Origin: an uncultured bacterium
GTDB lineage: Bacteria; Verrucomicrobiota; Verrucomicrobiia; Limisphaerales; UBA8199
DNA: 64,000 bases
NCBI GenBank assembly: GCA_963749495.1
Contig: CAVVMW010000014.1
Location: 384,001-448,000 of the forward strand
Reading direction: 5' to 3'
The notes under the pieces were generated by a model. That model had not been told where the DNA came from and did not search any database. It worked only from the letters and a program-made list of their open reading frames with translations. The translations under genes and the position numbers were made by a program. Positions within the stretch are counted from its first letter, which is position 1, and every line of letters begins with the position of its first letter. Shown piece by piece: positions 30,859 to 42,900 of this stretch.

Positions 30859-31915
30859 CACGCGGCAGCCCAGGCGGAGCGGTTTGAACTGGAGCACCGG
30901 GCCGCGATTGAACATACGGCCATGACTCGTCATCCAAAGCACAATGAAACCGCTTTTCTGCCGGCTCCTGGTGTTGAGCTTCTTGTTTGCCTGTGCTGCC
31001 GCCAGCGCGCTGGAGCCTGCCAACCCGAATGCCAACGCCAAAGCCAGGGCTATTCTCGACTATTTCCAGGGCCTCAGCGCCCGCCAGGATAGGCGATTGG
31101 TCTCGGGCCAATTCACAGGTTTTGGCCGTAGCACGACTCTGCGCCTGATGGACGAGATCCACGACCGGACCGGCCAGTGGCCTGCCTTGGTGGGGACGGA
31201 TTACGCCGATCTCCAAGGGCTATGCCGAGGTGGCGAAGATCCAGAAGCCATTTGGCTTCACGGAGTACGGCCCTCACGGCTCGCGCAATCCACCGGGCGA
31301 TTACGATTACCGGCGGTTCCTCGAAGGCGTGAAGAAGGACTTTCCCAAGGCGGTGTTTTTCATGAGCTGGGACGCGAAATGGAGCCTGGCCAGGAATAAT
31401 AACGTCAAGGAGTTGCTGGCTGACCCGTGGATCGTCAATCGCGGCGACTTGCCCGCAGGACTCGCTGGAACAGGGAAATAAAGCCTGCGGCAAGAACACG
31501 TGCTGGGTTGGTTGGGTCAACTGGGGCGTCCCCCGGCAAATGCTGGTCAACACTCGGCCTGCCTCCTCTGTCAAATGTGACAGAACGGCGTCTAACCCAG
31601 TTGTTGGGAGGCCGTCGCATTGCGGCGGGCAACAAACGGCCTGTCAAAAAGCGCAATCCAATTTGACGCGCTCCTCCCTGCCAAGGTTGCCTCCTGGGCA
31701 TGGCTGAGCTTGACGCGGATTCCTTTTGCCGGCGACATCAAAGGCTCTGTCAAATTCCGCAGGTCGAGTGTGTCAAAACATGTTGCGTTGGTCCTGGTCG
31801 AGCCTCACGAAGGCGCTCTTACCGTGCCGATTTGACGGACGTTTGCCGCCGTTAAAAGCCGGGCTCGCGAATTCGGCGCCGTCGAGCGTGGTCGTCTTCA
31901 GTTTCACGCCGTAAC
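30859..31915 (+). repeat. 1057-bp inverted repeat, right copy (partner 4507-5563)
   Basis: Reverse complement of 4507-5563, with mismatches seen at 31616 and 31700. Confidence 0.97.
30944..31481 (+). pseudogene. GH26 beta-mannanase with large internal deletion (copy 2)
   Basis: Same N-terminal/C-terminal junction (about 31212) as copy 1. Confidence 0.8.
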
Positions 31916-32599
31916 CAACGCGCTCGCCGCCCTGTATATCTGGGTCGTCCATCTCCGGCGACCGATGGGCGGCAACGGCAAGGCCAGGCCGGTCGGCCAG
32001 CACCGGGCGCTGCGGCGGCGGGCTTGGTCTATTCGTCTGCGTTTGGCCAACTCGACATCGTTAAAGAGCGGCTGAAAGATGGGGCCGAAATGACGTTGCC
32101 TGTTTCGGTGTCATCTATGCAACTTCGTGTGCAAGTCTTCCAGCACGCGTCGGAATTGCCGTGTTTCCGGGGAGGTCATGAGTGAAAGCTCACGCGCCAC
32201 CAGCAGATCCGTCTGATCGAGGTCGCGCCCAAACGCACTTTTACCGCCGAGTTTCCTGGAGCGCAAGCTCTCGAATTCACGCCCGCCCGCTGTGCCCATC
32301 GCCCCAGCACGTTGGGATGGGAAGCTGCTGCGATGAAACCAGAGAATTATGGAGTGACGACAACGTGGCCTAACTACAGTGTCCAGCGACCTCCCCTGCT
32401 CGAACGATGCCTGTATCGAATGGGCGGTAAACGGGCGCAGTGAGAGGCGGCCCTCACGTCCCAAAGAATACCACGTCATATTTTTCACCCACCAGGACCA
32501 AGCGGCGGTCTGTCTGCCATTGGAGATATTTTGCTGAAGCGGACACCTGTTCCAATCCAAACCGGACACCCGCAAATCGTTTCCGGTAGGATAACCCGA

Positions 32600-32798
32600 A
32601 GTGCAGGATGCCCCCCGCCTCTTCCTCGATGAGTATTTGGCCAAGCTGAAGGCGGAGGGCTATCGTTTCACGGACCTCCGTCCGGTAAAACACTATTATT
32701 ACCTGCTCTTCGCATCGCGCAGTGAGAAAGGCCGCGAGTTCTGGTTAAAGTCGTGCCGCATCGCCCCCGATAACCAGCGCGAGTTTGTCGCTCTATAG
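32600..32798 (+). pseudogene. tcmP: three-Cys-motif partner protein, C-terminal fragment
   Basis: 'EYLAKLKAEGY...YYLLFASRSEKGREFW...NQREF' immediately upstream of DUF5131, the usual arrangement. Confidence 0.65.
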
Positions 32799-32805
32799 GA
32801 ATCCC

Positions 32806-33558
32806 ATGGCCCAGCAATCTTCCATCGAATGGACTGGAGCGACCTGGAACCCAGTCACCGGGTGCTCCAAGGTCAGCCCCGGCTGCAAGCACTGCTATGC
32901 AGAGCGTATGGCCCGACGCCTACAGGCCATCGGCCACCCCCACTACCGCTACGGTTTTAAGGTCGCACTCCATGAGGACGCACTTGACCTGCCCCTTCGC
33001 TGGAAGCGGCCACAGGCCATTTTCGTCAACTCGATGAGCGACCTTTATCACATGGACGTTCCGCTCAGCTTCATCAAAAAGGTCTTCGCCGTCATGCAGC
33101 AGGCCAACTGGCACCGCTACCAGATCCTCACCAAGCGGGCCGAGCGCCTAGCCGAGCTTAGTCGTAAGCTTCTCTGGGGGCCGCATGTCTGGCAGGGTGT
33201 CACCGTAGAGCACCCGGACCACGCGTACCGCATCGACCTGCTCCGCCGGACAGGAGCACAGGTCAAATTCCTCTCCCTTGAGCCACTCTTGGCTCCGATG
33301 CCCAGGCTCAACCTCCGAGGCATCAACTGGGCCATCGTTGGCGGCGAATCCGGCCCCGGTGCTCGCCCTATGCAGGAAGAGTGGGTCTTCGACATCCGCG
33401 AGCGGTGTCGCGAAGCCGGTGTTGCCTTTTACTTCAAGCAGTGGGGCGGCGTGTACAAGGAGCGCAATGGTCGGCTGCTACAAGGCCGAACGTGGGATGA
33501 AATGCCAGGGATCGCACCCGCCGCGCCGAGCCGTCACCTCGACCTCGTGCCCGTCTGA
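32806..33558 (+). CDS. DUF5131 (phage Gp37/Gp68) three-Cys-motif protein
   Basis: 'SIEWTGATWNPVTGCSKVSPGCKHCYA', 'FVNSMSDL', 'LTKR', 'VGGESG' and 'FKQWGG'. Confidence 0.95.
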   Translation: MAQQSSIEWTGATWNPVTGCSKVSPGCKHCYAERMARRLQAIGHPHYRYGFKVALHEDALDLPLRWKRPQAIFVNSMSDLYHMDVPLSFIKKVFAVMQQANWHRYQILTKRAERLAELSRKLLWGPHVWQGVTVEHPDHAYRIDLLRRTGAQVKFLSLEPLLAPMPRLNLRGINWAIVGGESGPGARPMQEEWVFDIRERCREAGVAFYFKQWGGVYKERNGRLLQGRTWDEMPGIAPAAPSRHLDLVPV

Positions 33559-33656
33559 CGCAGATAGCGGAAGAGTCAACCGTACACCCCGTGGGACTCT
33601 GCCGCGCTGACGCCAGGACTTCTGTGTTCCACCGGATTATGGCAATCTTCCCGGCG

Positions 33657-34730
33657 ATGTTTCGCGTCATTTTCCATTTGGATATGGATGCGTTCTACGC
33701 CTCTGTGGAACAAAGGGACAATCCGGCCCTGCGCGGCCAGCCGGTGATCGTTGGTGCGCCTCCGACCCAGCGAGGGGTGGTGTGCGCCTCCAGCTACGAA
33801 GCCCGGAAATTCGGCGTCCGTTCGGCGATGCCCAGCGCCACGGCGGGGCGGCTTTGTCCCAAGGGAATCTTCGTGCGCCCCCGCATGGACCGTTATCGGG
33901 AGGAGTCGCGCCAGATCATGCAGATCGTCGCTGAGACGGGGGCGGTCCTGGAGCAGATGTCCATTGACGAAGCCTACCTCGACCTCTCGGCGCTCTGCCA
34001 GGCCGAGGACGCGGACGCGTCCCTGCTCCGGGCGGTCCCCCTGGCGCGGGGGTTGAAGCGGCGCATTTACTCGGAGCGGCAGTTGACAGCGACCATCGGG
34101 GTCGCCGCCAACAAATTGCTGGCCAAGATCGCCAGCAACCATCAGAAACCCGACGGGCTGACGCTGATTCCCGAGAAGGAGAAGGTGCAGTTCTTGCGTC
34201 GCTTGCCCGTGCGCACCCTCTACGGCGTCGGCCAGGTGACCGAAGGCATCCTCAACCGGGCGGGACTGCACACAGTGGGCGACCTCCAGGACTACGCGGG
34301 CGACCTCCGTGCCCTGGTCGGTTCTTTTGGCCCAACGCTGAGGCAATTCGCCCTGGGCCAGGACGACCGTCCCCTGGAGTTGGGCGACGAGATCAAGAGC
34401 ATCAGCGGCGAGGAGACTTTCTTGAAGGACACGGAAGACCGGAGAGTGCTCCGCTCCTGTCTGCGGGAGCAGGCCGCAGACATCGCCGCCCGGCTCAAGC
34501 ACCGCCGGCTGGGAGCGCATACAGTCCAGGTCAAGGTCCGCTATGGCGACTTTACCACGCTCACGCGCCAGATCACCGTGGAAGACCCGCTGACGGAGGC
34601 CAAGGACATCTACCGGCTGGGGTGCTTCCTGTTGGGCCGGGAAAAGCTGGTGTCACGTCCGCTCCGGTTGCTCGGTCTTGGGGTCTCCAGCCTGCGTGAA
34701 CCCAGTGGCCAGCAATTGGTGCTGCTTTGA
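33657..34730 (+). CDS. dinB: DNA polymerase IV (Y family)
   Basis: 'HLDMDAFYASVEQ', 'SYEARKFGVRSAM', 'SIDEAYLD', 'NKLLAKIAS' and 'KPDGL'. Confidence 0.96.
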   Translation: MFRVIFHLDMDAFYASVEQRDNPALRGQPVIVGAPPTQRGVVCASSYEARKFGVRSAMPSATAGRLCPKGIFVRPRMDRYREESRQIMQIVAETGAVLEQMSIDEAYLDLSALCQAEDADASLLRAVPLARGLKRRIYSERQLTATIGVAANKLLAKIASNHQKPDGLTLIPEKEKVQFLRRLPVRTLYGVGQVTEGILNRAGLHTVGDLQDYAGDLRALVGSFGPTLRQFALGQDDRPLELGDEIKSISGEETFLKDTEDRRVLRSCLREQAADIAARLKHRRLGAHTVQVKVRYGDFTTLTRQITVEDPLTEAKDIYRLGCFLLGREKLVSRPLRLLGLGVSSLREPSGQQLVLL

Positions 34731-34771
34731 CGCCTACTTGAATTTGCACAGTTCGGGGGTACACATTCACG

Positions 34772-34915
34772 ATGCGACACAACCTCTTTCCAATCCTTGC
34801 CATTATGGCGACTTTGAGTGCAAAAGGCGAAATCATCTCCCAACCGGTCGAATACAAACAAGGCGACACCGTCTTGGAGGGTTTTTCAGTTTACGACAAC
34901 GCAATCCAGGGCAAG
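34772..34915 (+). pseudogene. dienelactone hydrolase family protein, N-terminal fragment
   Basis: Signal plus 'VEYKQGDTVLEGFSVYDNAIQGK', then a junction. Confidence 0.7.
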
Positions 34916-35097
34916 CCGCAGCGCGGGCACCTGGGCCTGGCCGGAGCGGTGGCAGACGGCGATGGCCGCGTCGGCGTCGGTGCCGGGATTGCAGACGGAG
35001 CCGAAGCCTGCCTCAGCGCCGACTGAAACTGGCGCAGCATCTCCGCCATATTTCCAAAAGCCGCCCTTTTGGGACAAGCTCTATTTAGTTACGCCGC

Positions 35098-35970
35098 CTA
35101 ATTCGGCCGCCTGGCGGGCGCCTGCCAATCGTAGTGCCAGCTCTGATTCCACAAATGCTCCAGGCGCACGAACTCAGAGTGTCCGTCGGCCATCCCCATT
35201 TCGATGGCGCCCGGCATGGCCTCTCCCGGGGCGGTGTGGCGCGGCGCGCGGGCGGGGCTGGAGACATGGTGCCGGGCAATCGTGCAGCGGCCGATGTTAT
35301 ACACACCCGGGCCTCCGACGAAGTTCTCGCCATTGTAGAGGTCGCGCGCCGGCGGGTCTGTTTCGAGCGGCCAGGTATCCACCCAATTCTCGTCGAAAAA
35401 CACCGGAGTCTGCGCGGGTTTCTGGATGCTCCCTTGATTGGAAAAGAAGAACTGGGGCATCGGGTGCCGTGCGCCGCTAAACAAGACGACCTCGGAGTAC
35501 AGCCATCCGTTAAACCCGTAACTGCCATAAAACATCGTCTTGCCATTGCTGGTCCATCGCACCCAGGCCGCATCGGCGCTTCCCTGCCGGTTTCCCGCTG
35601 CCGGCGCGGGAAGGCGCAAAGGAGCCAGAGGACACACCCGCAAATTCTTGTCTTTGGCGTAATCGATGAGCGTTCCCATCCAATTGCCATCCGGGAAAGC
35701 CGGGGCGTTGTAGACCGGCTGCTTCTCATGGTCGCTCACGTAGATGGAGGTGGCCATTGTCAATTGCCGGGTATTGTTGAGGCATTGAATTTCCCTGGCT
35801 TTGAGCCGGGCGCGCCCGAGCACCGGCAGCAGCAGCGCCGCCAGGATGGCAATGATCGCAATGACCACCAGCAGTTCCATCAAGGTGAACGCCCGCTTGC
35901 CGTTGGGCAGGAGTGAAGGCCATCTATGGCGGGCAGGTAGGAACAGTGGTTCCTCTGATGGTGGCCTCAT
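35098..35970 (-). CDS. prepilin-type N-terminal cleavage/methylation protein (DUF1559-like, PVC type)
   Basis: '[23 protein letters not shown]', 'CLNN', 'SYGFN' and a terminal 'RH...ADGH'. Confidence 0.92.
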   Translation of the reverse strand: MRPPSEEPLFLPARHRWPSLLPNGKRAFTLMELLVVIAIIAILAALLLPVLGRARLKAREIQCLNNTRQLTMATSIYVSDHEKQPVYNAPAFPDGNWMGTLIDYAKDKNLRVCPLAPLRLPAPAAGNRQGSADAAWVRWTSNGKTMFYGSYGFNGWLYSEVVLFSGARHPMPQFFFSNQGSIQKPAQTPVFFDENWVDTWPLETDPPARDLYNGENFVGGPGVYNIGRCTIARHHVSSPARAPRHTAPGEAMPGAIEMGMADGHSEFVRLEHLWNQSWHYDWQAPARRPN

Positions 35971-36384
35971 ACGCGAATCGTATCACGGCGCCTTCGCGTG
36001 TCAATGCCCGGGTAGCCCTTGGCCGGACCAGGGCCGCACGAAGCACGCCTTGGCTTTTTTAGCGATGATTACACAACGACCCGTCCGTATAGTGAACGAC
36101 GCCGCTCCCGCCTGCAAGCCGTATGCGGCCGTAGCTGGCTCGGGTTTCACCTCGACCAGTTCGGTGATGGGTTCGCCGTGGTCTCGGAGTCCGAGGCGGA
36201 GACCCCGGAAACGCTGCTGGCCGTTTGCCTCGTCGCAATGCGGCACCTCATCGACAGGGACGTGGCGACGAAGGCGGGCATATCCAGAGGTGGATTTGGG
36301 GACGTTTTCGGTTGCTATCCTCCCGCAATACAAGAGGCGGCCGAGGACCATCGTTACGTGCCGCTGGGGGAAAACGGCGATCAC

Positions 36385-36534
36385 GGCCTGATTTGGCTCG
36401 GCCAAAACAAGTGGGGGCTCGAGAACGTGGCCAACCTGGGCCTGCTCCCGCCCAAGGGCGCAATCATAGTAGTTGGCAGTCCCAAGATTGCAGGCTGTAC
36501 CGGTGGGCCCAGCCGCGTGCTCGCGCTCCTGTGA
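36385..36534 (+). pseudogene. cyclase / kynurenine formamidase family, C-terminal fragment
   Basis: 'WGLENVANLGLLPPKGA...PKIAGCTGGPSRVLAL'. Confidence 0.8.
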
Positions 36535-36598
36535 CCCATCCACAGGGAGTTGGGCCCGTCAAAACGCCGGCAGCGCAAGTGTAGAGCAGCCCCTTTTC

Positions 36599-36630
36599 GT
36601 CTCAAAACTGTCTCAAGATTGTCTCAAAAC
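36599..36630 (+). promoter_or_regulatory. triple direct repeat GTCTCAA with 11-bp period, putative regulator site
   Basis: GTCTCAA at 36599, 36610 and 36621, about 300 bp upstream of the giant surface-protein gene. Confidence 0.55.
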
Positions 36631-36905
36631 AAGCTTGCCTTTTCCTGCGCCTGGTTCAGGATTCTGACCCAGCACCGGTGTTGCCCTAAGAGTTGTCAGA
36701 TCTTGAACGCCAGCGAGTTACACAATATGGAGGCCTTCTCTCCGGATGGGTGCGAACCGGGACAAATGCGGCACAAGAAATGCTCGACTTTGCAAGGTTT
36801 ATGGGCTTTGCAGGCCAGAGGAACCAGTCGTGGTCCACACCTCTTGCTCCCATCCTGGTGCGCTTCCGTTCCGCCTTGATGGTGGAGATCCGCTCGTTTC
36901 CATGT

Positions 36906-39900
36906 ATGTGTAAGACTTTCCCCCTCATGCGCAGGCTCCGCCCGCACGGAGTCGCTCAAGTTGATGTAACGCGATTCCTGTGGCAAGGGCCGGGCCTCCC
37001 GTCCCGTGTGCTGTTGGGCGCGATTCTTTGGCTGGTTTGCGCGCCCGGCAGCCACATCGCTGCCGCCGCCCTCCCTTCAGGGTGGGTCAACACCGATATC
37101 GGCAGCCCGGGCATAGCGGGATCAGGCTCTTATTCCGCCCCGACGTGGACCGTCTCAGGGGGTGGCTCGGACATCTGGAACAGCGCCGACCAGTTCAATT
37201 TCCTGTACCAGAATACCACCAACAACGGAATCGTGGCACAGGTGAACACCATCCAGAACACCGATCCCTGGGCCAAAGCGGGCGTGATGATGCGGGACAG
37301 CACGAGCGCGGGGGCGATGTTCGCCAACGTGGTGATTACCCCCGCCAACGGGGTGAACTTCCAATGGCGCAACAGCACGGGGGGGCAATGCGGCTATTCC
37401 CAGGTCACGGCTCAGTTCGTTCCTATTTGGGTCAAGCTGGTGAATGCGAGCGGCGTCTTCAGCGCCTACTACAGCGGCGACGGGGTATCGTGGACGCTCA
37501 TTGGCCCACCTCAAACCATCACCATGATCAGCTCGTCGCCCCTGGTCGGGCTGTGCGTCACCGCCCACAACGACTCGAGCTTGAACACCGCGACCTTCGC
37601 CAACGTCAGCCTCTCCTACCAGGCCCCGCCGCCCCCACCCACGTTCGGCGTCTATCGGCAACTCTGGAGCAATCTGAGCTCCGCCGTGGGCAACACCCTC
37701 GATGCCTTGACCAACACGGCGAACAACCCGAATTGGCCCAATAATCCCGACCCGGCCTTCACCAGGGTTTACACCAATTTCGAGACCGACGTGAACACGG
37801 GGATGAACTACTATGGGCAGCGGTTGCGCGCCTTTGTGGTTCCACCGACCAACGGCAATTATGTCTTTTGGATCTCCAGTGACGACACGTCCGAGCTGTT
37901 CGTGAGCACAGACGAAACCCCCCTCAATAAAGTCGCCAATTGCTGGGTCACTACTTGGACCGACTCACGCAATTGGACCAAAGAGCCGAACCAGCAAGGG
38001 CTCCCCGTGAACCTGCAAGCGGGCCGGCGTTACTACGTGGAAGCGATCATGCAGCAAGGGAACGGCGGGGACAACCTGGCCGTGCGCTGGCAACTGCCCA
38101 ACGGGACTTTCGAAGAACCTTTGCCTGCCTCCAGCGTGGCCGGCACTCACATGGTCCCCTTCACTGGAGTCGATAGCCAGCCGGGCATTTATCAGCAAAC
38201 GACTAATGTGACTGTCGTCGAGGGACTCAACGCGCTCTTTTCGGTCCTGTGTACCAATCAGTCCTCGGTCAACTACCGGTGGTCCCTCAACGGGGCCGCT
38301 CTGAGCGGCTCCAGCGCCCAACAGCCCGCCTACTGGGTGAGCAACGCGACCCTGGCGGCGAGCGGACAAGTCTATCGCTGCACGCTCTCCAACTCCATCG
38401 GCATGCTCACCAGCGCCACGATGACGCTCACGGTCCTCCGCGACACGGTCCCACCCACCGTGCTTCGGGCCCTGAACGTCGGCACTAACGCCGTGCAGGT
38501 GGTCTATTCCAAGGCCGTCGAGCCGGCCAGCGCCGCCAATGCCGCCAATTACGTCTTTGCCAATGGCCTGAGCATCTCCGCCGCTTCCCTGGCGGCTGAC
38601 GCCGTTACCGTGACCCTCGTCACGGCGCCCCTGGTTTATGGGAGCAATTATACCCTGGTGATCAACGGAGTTCGGGACCGGGCCTCCATACCAAACACGA
38701 TCGCCCCCAACACGACCATCACCTTTATGGCCCTGCCCTATGCCTGCCAGGACATCGGCAGCCCGCCAATCCCCGCAGCAATCACTTTTGTCAGCAACAA
38801 CATCGCCGTGACCGCGTCCGGCAGTGATATTGGCGGCCTGAGCGACCAGTTCAACCTGAATTACCAGCCGCGCACAGGCGATTTCGACATCGCTCTGTGC
38901 CTCGCGGGACTTTCCGGAGCCGATGTCTGGACCAAGGCGGGCTTGATGGCGCGCGAGACGTTGGACCCAGGCAGCCGGTTCGCCGCCAGTTTGGCCACGC
39001 CCACCATGGCCGGCTCGTTCTTCGAATGGCGTGACCCCGCCAACAGCCAGGCGAACCTGGCCGGGTCTTTCCCCCCTGATTTTCCAAATGCCTGGCTCCG
39101 CCTCCAGCGGTCCGGCAATACCTTCACCGGCTTTGCCAGTTATGATGGACTGGTCTGGATCAAGCTTGGCAGTGCCGTCCTGACGTTCCCTTCGCAGATC
39201 TACGTCGGTTTGGCTGTCTGCAGCCACAACCCAAACCAGGCGGCCACCGCTCAGTTCATTGACCTCTCCAATGTCACCAACGCGGTCGCAGGACAGGTGC
39301 CCAGTCCGCACGAGCCACTGGGCCCTGCAGCCGGCTGACTCCCATCGTCATTTCGGAGATCATGTACAAGCCCGCCCCGCGCGCCGACACCAACAACCTC
39401 GAGTATATCGAGCTCTACAATTCCAATCCCTACTTCGAGGACATCAGCGGTTTCCAGCTCGTCGCTGACGAGTTGGCCTACACCTTCCCGCCCGGGACGA
39501 TCCTGGGGGGCGGCGGCTTCCTGGTGGCCGCGGCCTCGCCGGGCAGTATGGCCAATGTCTATGGGATTACGAACGTGGTCGGCCCCTACGCCGGCAGCCT
39601 TAAGAAGGCAGGCACCATTAACCTGCTGGATGACCAGGGGGCTGTCCTGCTGACCGTCCCCTATTCCAACGACTATCCCTGGCCCGTGGCGGCGCACGGC
39701 ACCGGGCACTCGATTGTGTTGGCCAACCCCACGTACGGTGAAGCGGATCCCCGTGCCTGGGACATCAGTGACATCGCCGGCGGCTCACCCGGAGGGCCGG
39801 AGGCCTATCGCCCCAACCCCTTGCGCAACGTCGTCATCAACGAGTTGCTCGCCCACTCCGAAAACCCCGCCGTGTTGCAATTTGTCGAGCTGTACAACCA

Positions 39901-42900
39901 CAGCGGCCAGACCAACGACTTGTCCGGCTGCATCCTGACGGACGACCCCAGCACCAATAAGTTCGTCATCCCGGCCGGCACTTTGATCGGGCCGGGCGGC
40001 TTTGTCTCGTTCAGCCAGCCTCAACTGGGCTTCGCCCTGGACGGGGCGGGCGAGAAACTCTATTTCATCAAGCCGGATGGCAGCCGGGTGCTGGACGCCG
40101 TCCAGTTCGAGGCGCAGGCCGACGGCGTCTCCTGGGGCCGTTGGCCGGATGGGGCCGCTGATTTCTATCCCCTGGCCGCCCGCACCCCTGGCACAAACAA
40201 CAGCGGCATTTGGATCGGCGACATCGTGATCAACGAGTTGATGTACGACCCCATCAGCGGCAACGACGATGATCAATACATCGAACTGTATAACAAAGGA
40301 ACTAACACGCTGAGTCTCGGCAACTGGCAGTTTACCGCCGGCGTTTCTTTCACGTTTCCTGCCAATATCAGCCTGGGGCCAAGCGGCTACCTCGTGGTGG
40401 CCCGGAACCAAACGAACCTGTTTGCGAAATACTCCAACTTGACCCCCGCCAACACCGTGGGCAACTATGGCGGCAAGCTTTCGCACAAAGGCACACGGCT
40501 GGCGCTGGCGATGCCCCAGACCCTGACCACCACCGGCGCCGGGGGACCGACGACCAACACGATCTATGTCGTCCAGGATGAGGTCACCTATGGGGTTGGC
40601 GGGCGGTGGGGGCAATGGACCAAGGGCGGCGGCAGCAGCCTCGAGTTGATCAACCCGAACACCAACCATCGCCTGGCTTATAACTGGGCCGACAGCGACG
40701 AAACCTCGAAGTCGGTTTGGACAAACCTCGAGTTCACCGGCATCCTGGATAATGGATCCACCTACAATGGCAGTTCCATCAGCCTCGTCCAGGTTGGCTT
40801 GCTTGACGTTGGCGAATGCCTGGTGGATAACCTCGAAGCGCGGCCGGGAGGCACCGGCGGGGCCAATATCGTCTCCAACGGTGATTTTCAATCCGGCCTG
40901 ACGGGTTGGACCCCCCAGGGGGATCACCTCCGTTCGAGTCTCGAGACGGCCACGGGCCTGGGCGGCTACCAGAGCAGCCAATCCTTGCACCTGCGTTCCA
41001 GCGACAGCATGTGGACCCTGGCCGACTACGTCCAAGGCTCGCTCACCCAGACTACCCTCGCTTCGGGCCAAACGGCTACGTTGCGCTTGAAGGCTCGCTG
41101 GCTCCACGGCTGGCCTGAGGTCTTGATGCGGCTCAACGGGAACTTCATCGAGGTCACTGGGGCAATGCCTGTGCCTCCCAACCTGGGCACCCCGGGCCTG
41201 CCCAACAGCCGTTATGCAGCCCAGCCGGGGCCGGCCATTTTCGAGGTGAAACACACCCCCAGCCTCCCAGCCGCCAACCTGCCGGTCGTCGTCACCGCCC
41301 GCTTTCACGACGTGAACCCGTTCCAGGCGGCCCTGCTCTATCGCCTGGATAGCGGGCCGAACCCGGCCCCGACTTATACCTCGGTGCCCATGACCGACGA
41401 TGGCACAGGGGGTGATGCCCTGGCAGGGGACGGCGTTTACAGCGCGACCATCCCGCCGCAGCCGTCAGGCACCGTGGTGGCGTTCCTGGTCCAGGCGCGC
41501 GATGCCTCGGGAACCACAACGATCTTGCCGGCGGACCTAAAGGACAACGCCGGGATGCCGCGCGAGTGCGTGGTGGCCTTTGGCGATCCGATCCCGACGG
41601 GCAGTTTCAGCCATCACCATGTTTTCATTACGCAGAACTGGGCTCAGCGCTGGGCGACATGGGGTGGAGTATCCCATGAAAGCTATGACGGCACCTGGGT
41701 GGATGGGGGCGGGCGCATTGTCTATGATTGGAAGGGGCGCTATGCCGGCAGCCCCTACCATCAATACCTGGGAAACCCGGTCAGCACTGTCGGGGGGATG
41801 CACTGGTACATGCCCGAGGATGACCAGGTCTTCGGGACCGCCTCGTTCGACAAACAGCATGTGCCGGGCAATGGAGCGTTGGATGACGACACGCTCCAGC
41901 GCGAGCAGGCCTCCTTCTGGATGGCCCACAAGATTGGGTTGCCCAGACAAAACCGCCGCTTTTACGTCTATTATGTGAACGGCAACCGGCACGGGCCCTT
42001 GATGGAAGACGCCCAGGTGCCCGGCGCCGAGATGATCAAGGAGTACTGGCCCAATGACAACAACGGCTGGCTCTATAAGAACCATGCCTGGTTCGAAGGC
42101 GACGTGGCGTTGCAGTCCGACGGCTATATGAATTTCAACATGCCTTCCTGGTGTACGCTGGGCGCCTACACAACCACTATCAACGGCGTTCCCAACCAAT
42201 ACAAATTGGCTCGCTACCGCTGGATGTATGTGGCGAAGCAGTATCCGGCCTCCGCCAACGATTACCGGGAGGTCTTCGCGCTCATCGATGCGGCCAACAC
42301 CGCCACGACCGACCCGGCGTACTATACTAGAATGGAAGCCCAGGTGGATACCGAGGAGTGGCTGCGCATGTCAGCCATGGAACATGCCACCGGGGACTGG
42401 GATTCCTTTTTCACCCAAAACCAGTGGAACATGTACTGTTACCGGCCCACCTTGGGCAAATGGACCGCCTTGAAATGGGACTGGAACATCACTCTGGGCA
42501 GCGGCACTGCGACCTGGCCGCCCGATGGCAGCCAACTTTTCAACGTTGGCGCCAACGATCCGGTGATGGGTGCCTTCCAGAACTATGTGCCTTACCGCCG
42601 TGCCTACCTGCGGGCCTTGCAGGACATCGCCAATCTCGCGATGAACGGCCCCATCGTGAATCCCGTCCTCGACGCCAAGTACGCGTCGTTCGTAGCCAAT
42701 GGGCTGACTGAAAACTCCGCCTATGGTCTGCTCGTCCAGAATCCCGCCAAGCCCGGAGGATTGGAAGACTGGATTGCCACCATGCACAACTCCCTCCTCG
42801 TGGCCTTGACGAACCAGGGTGTCAGCAGCGTCCGCTTTGCGGTCAACTCCACCGTAATCAGCAACGACATGGCCATCGTCACGGGAACAGCACCCGTGGC

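Noticed and set aside
33625..33638. Verrucomicrobial LexA box (TGTTC-N4-GAACA) upstream of dinB
   Set aside because: Only the left half matches (TGTTC-cacc-GGATT).
1230..34920. A common recombination motif at fragment junctions (shufflon-like)
   Set aside because: About 14 junctions compared by eye shared no consensus, and no recombinase gene is in the window.
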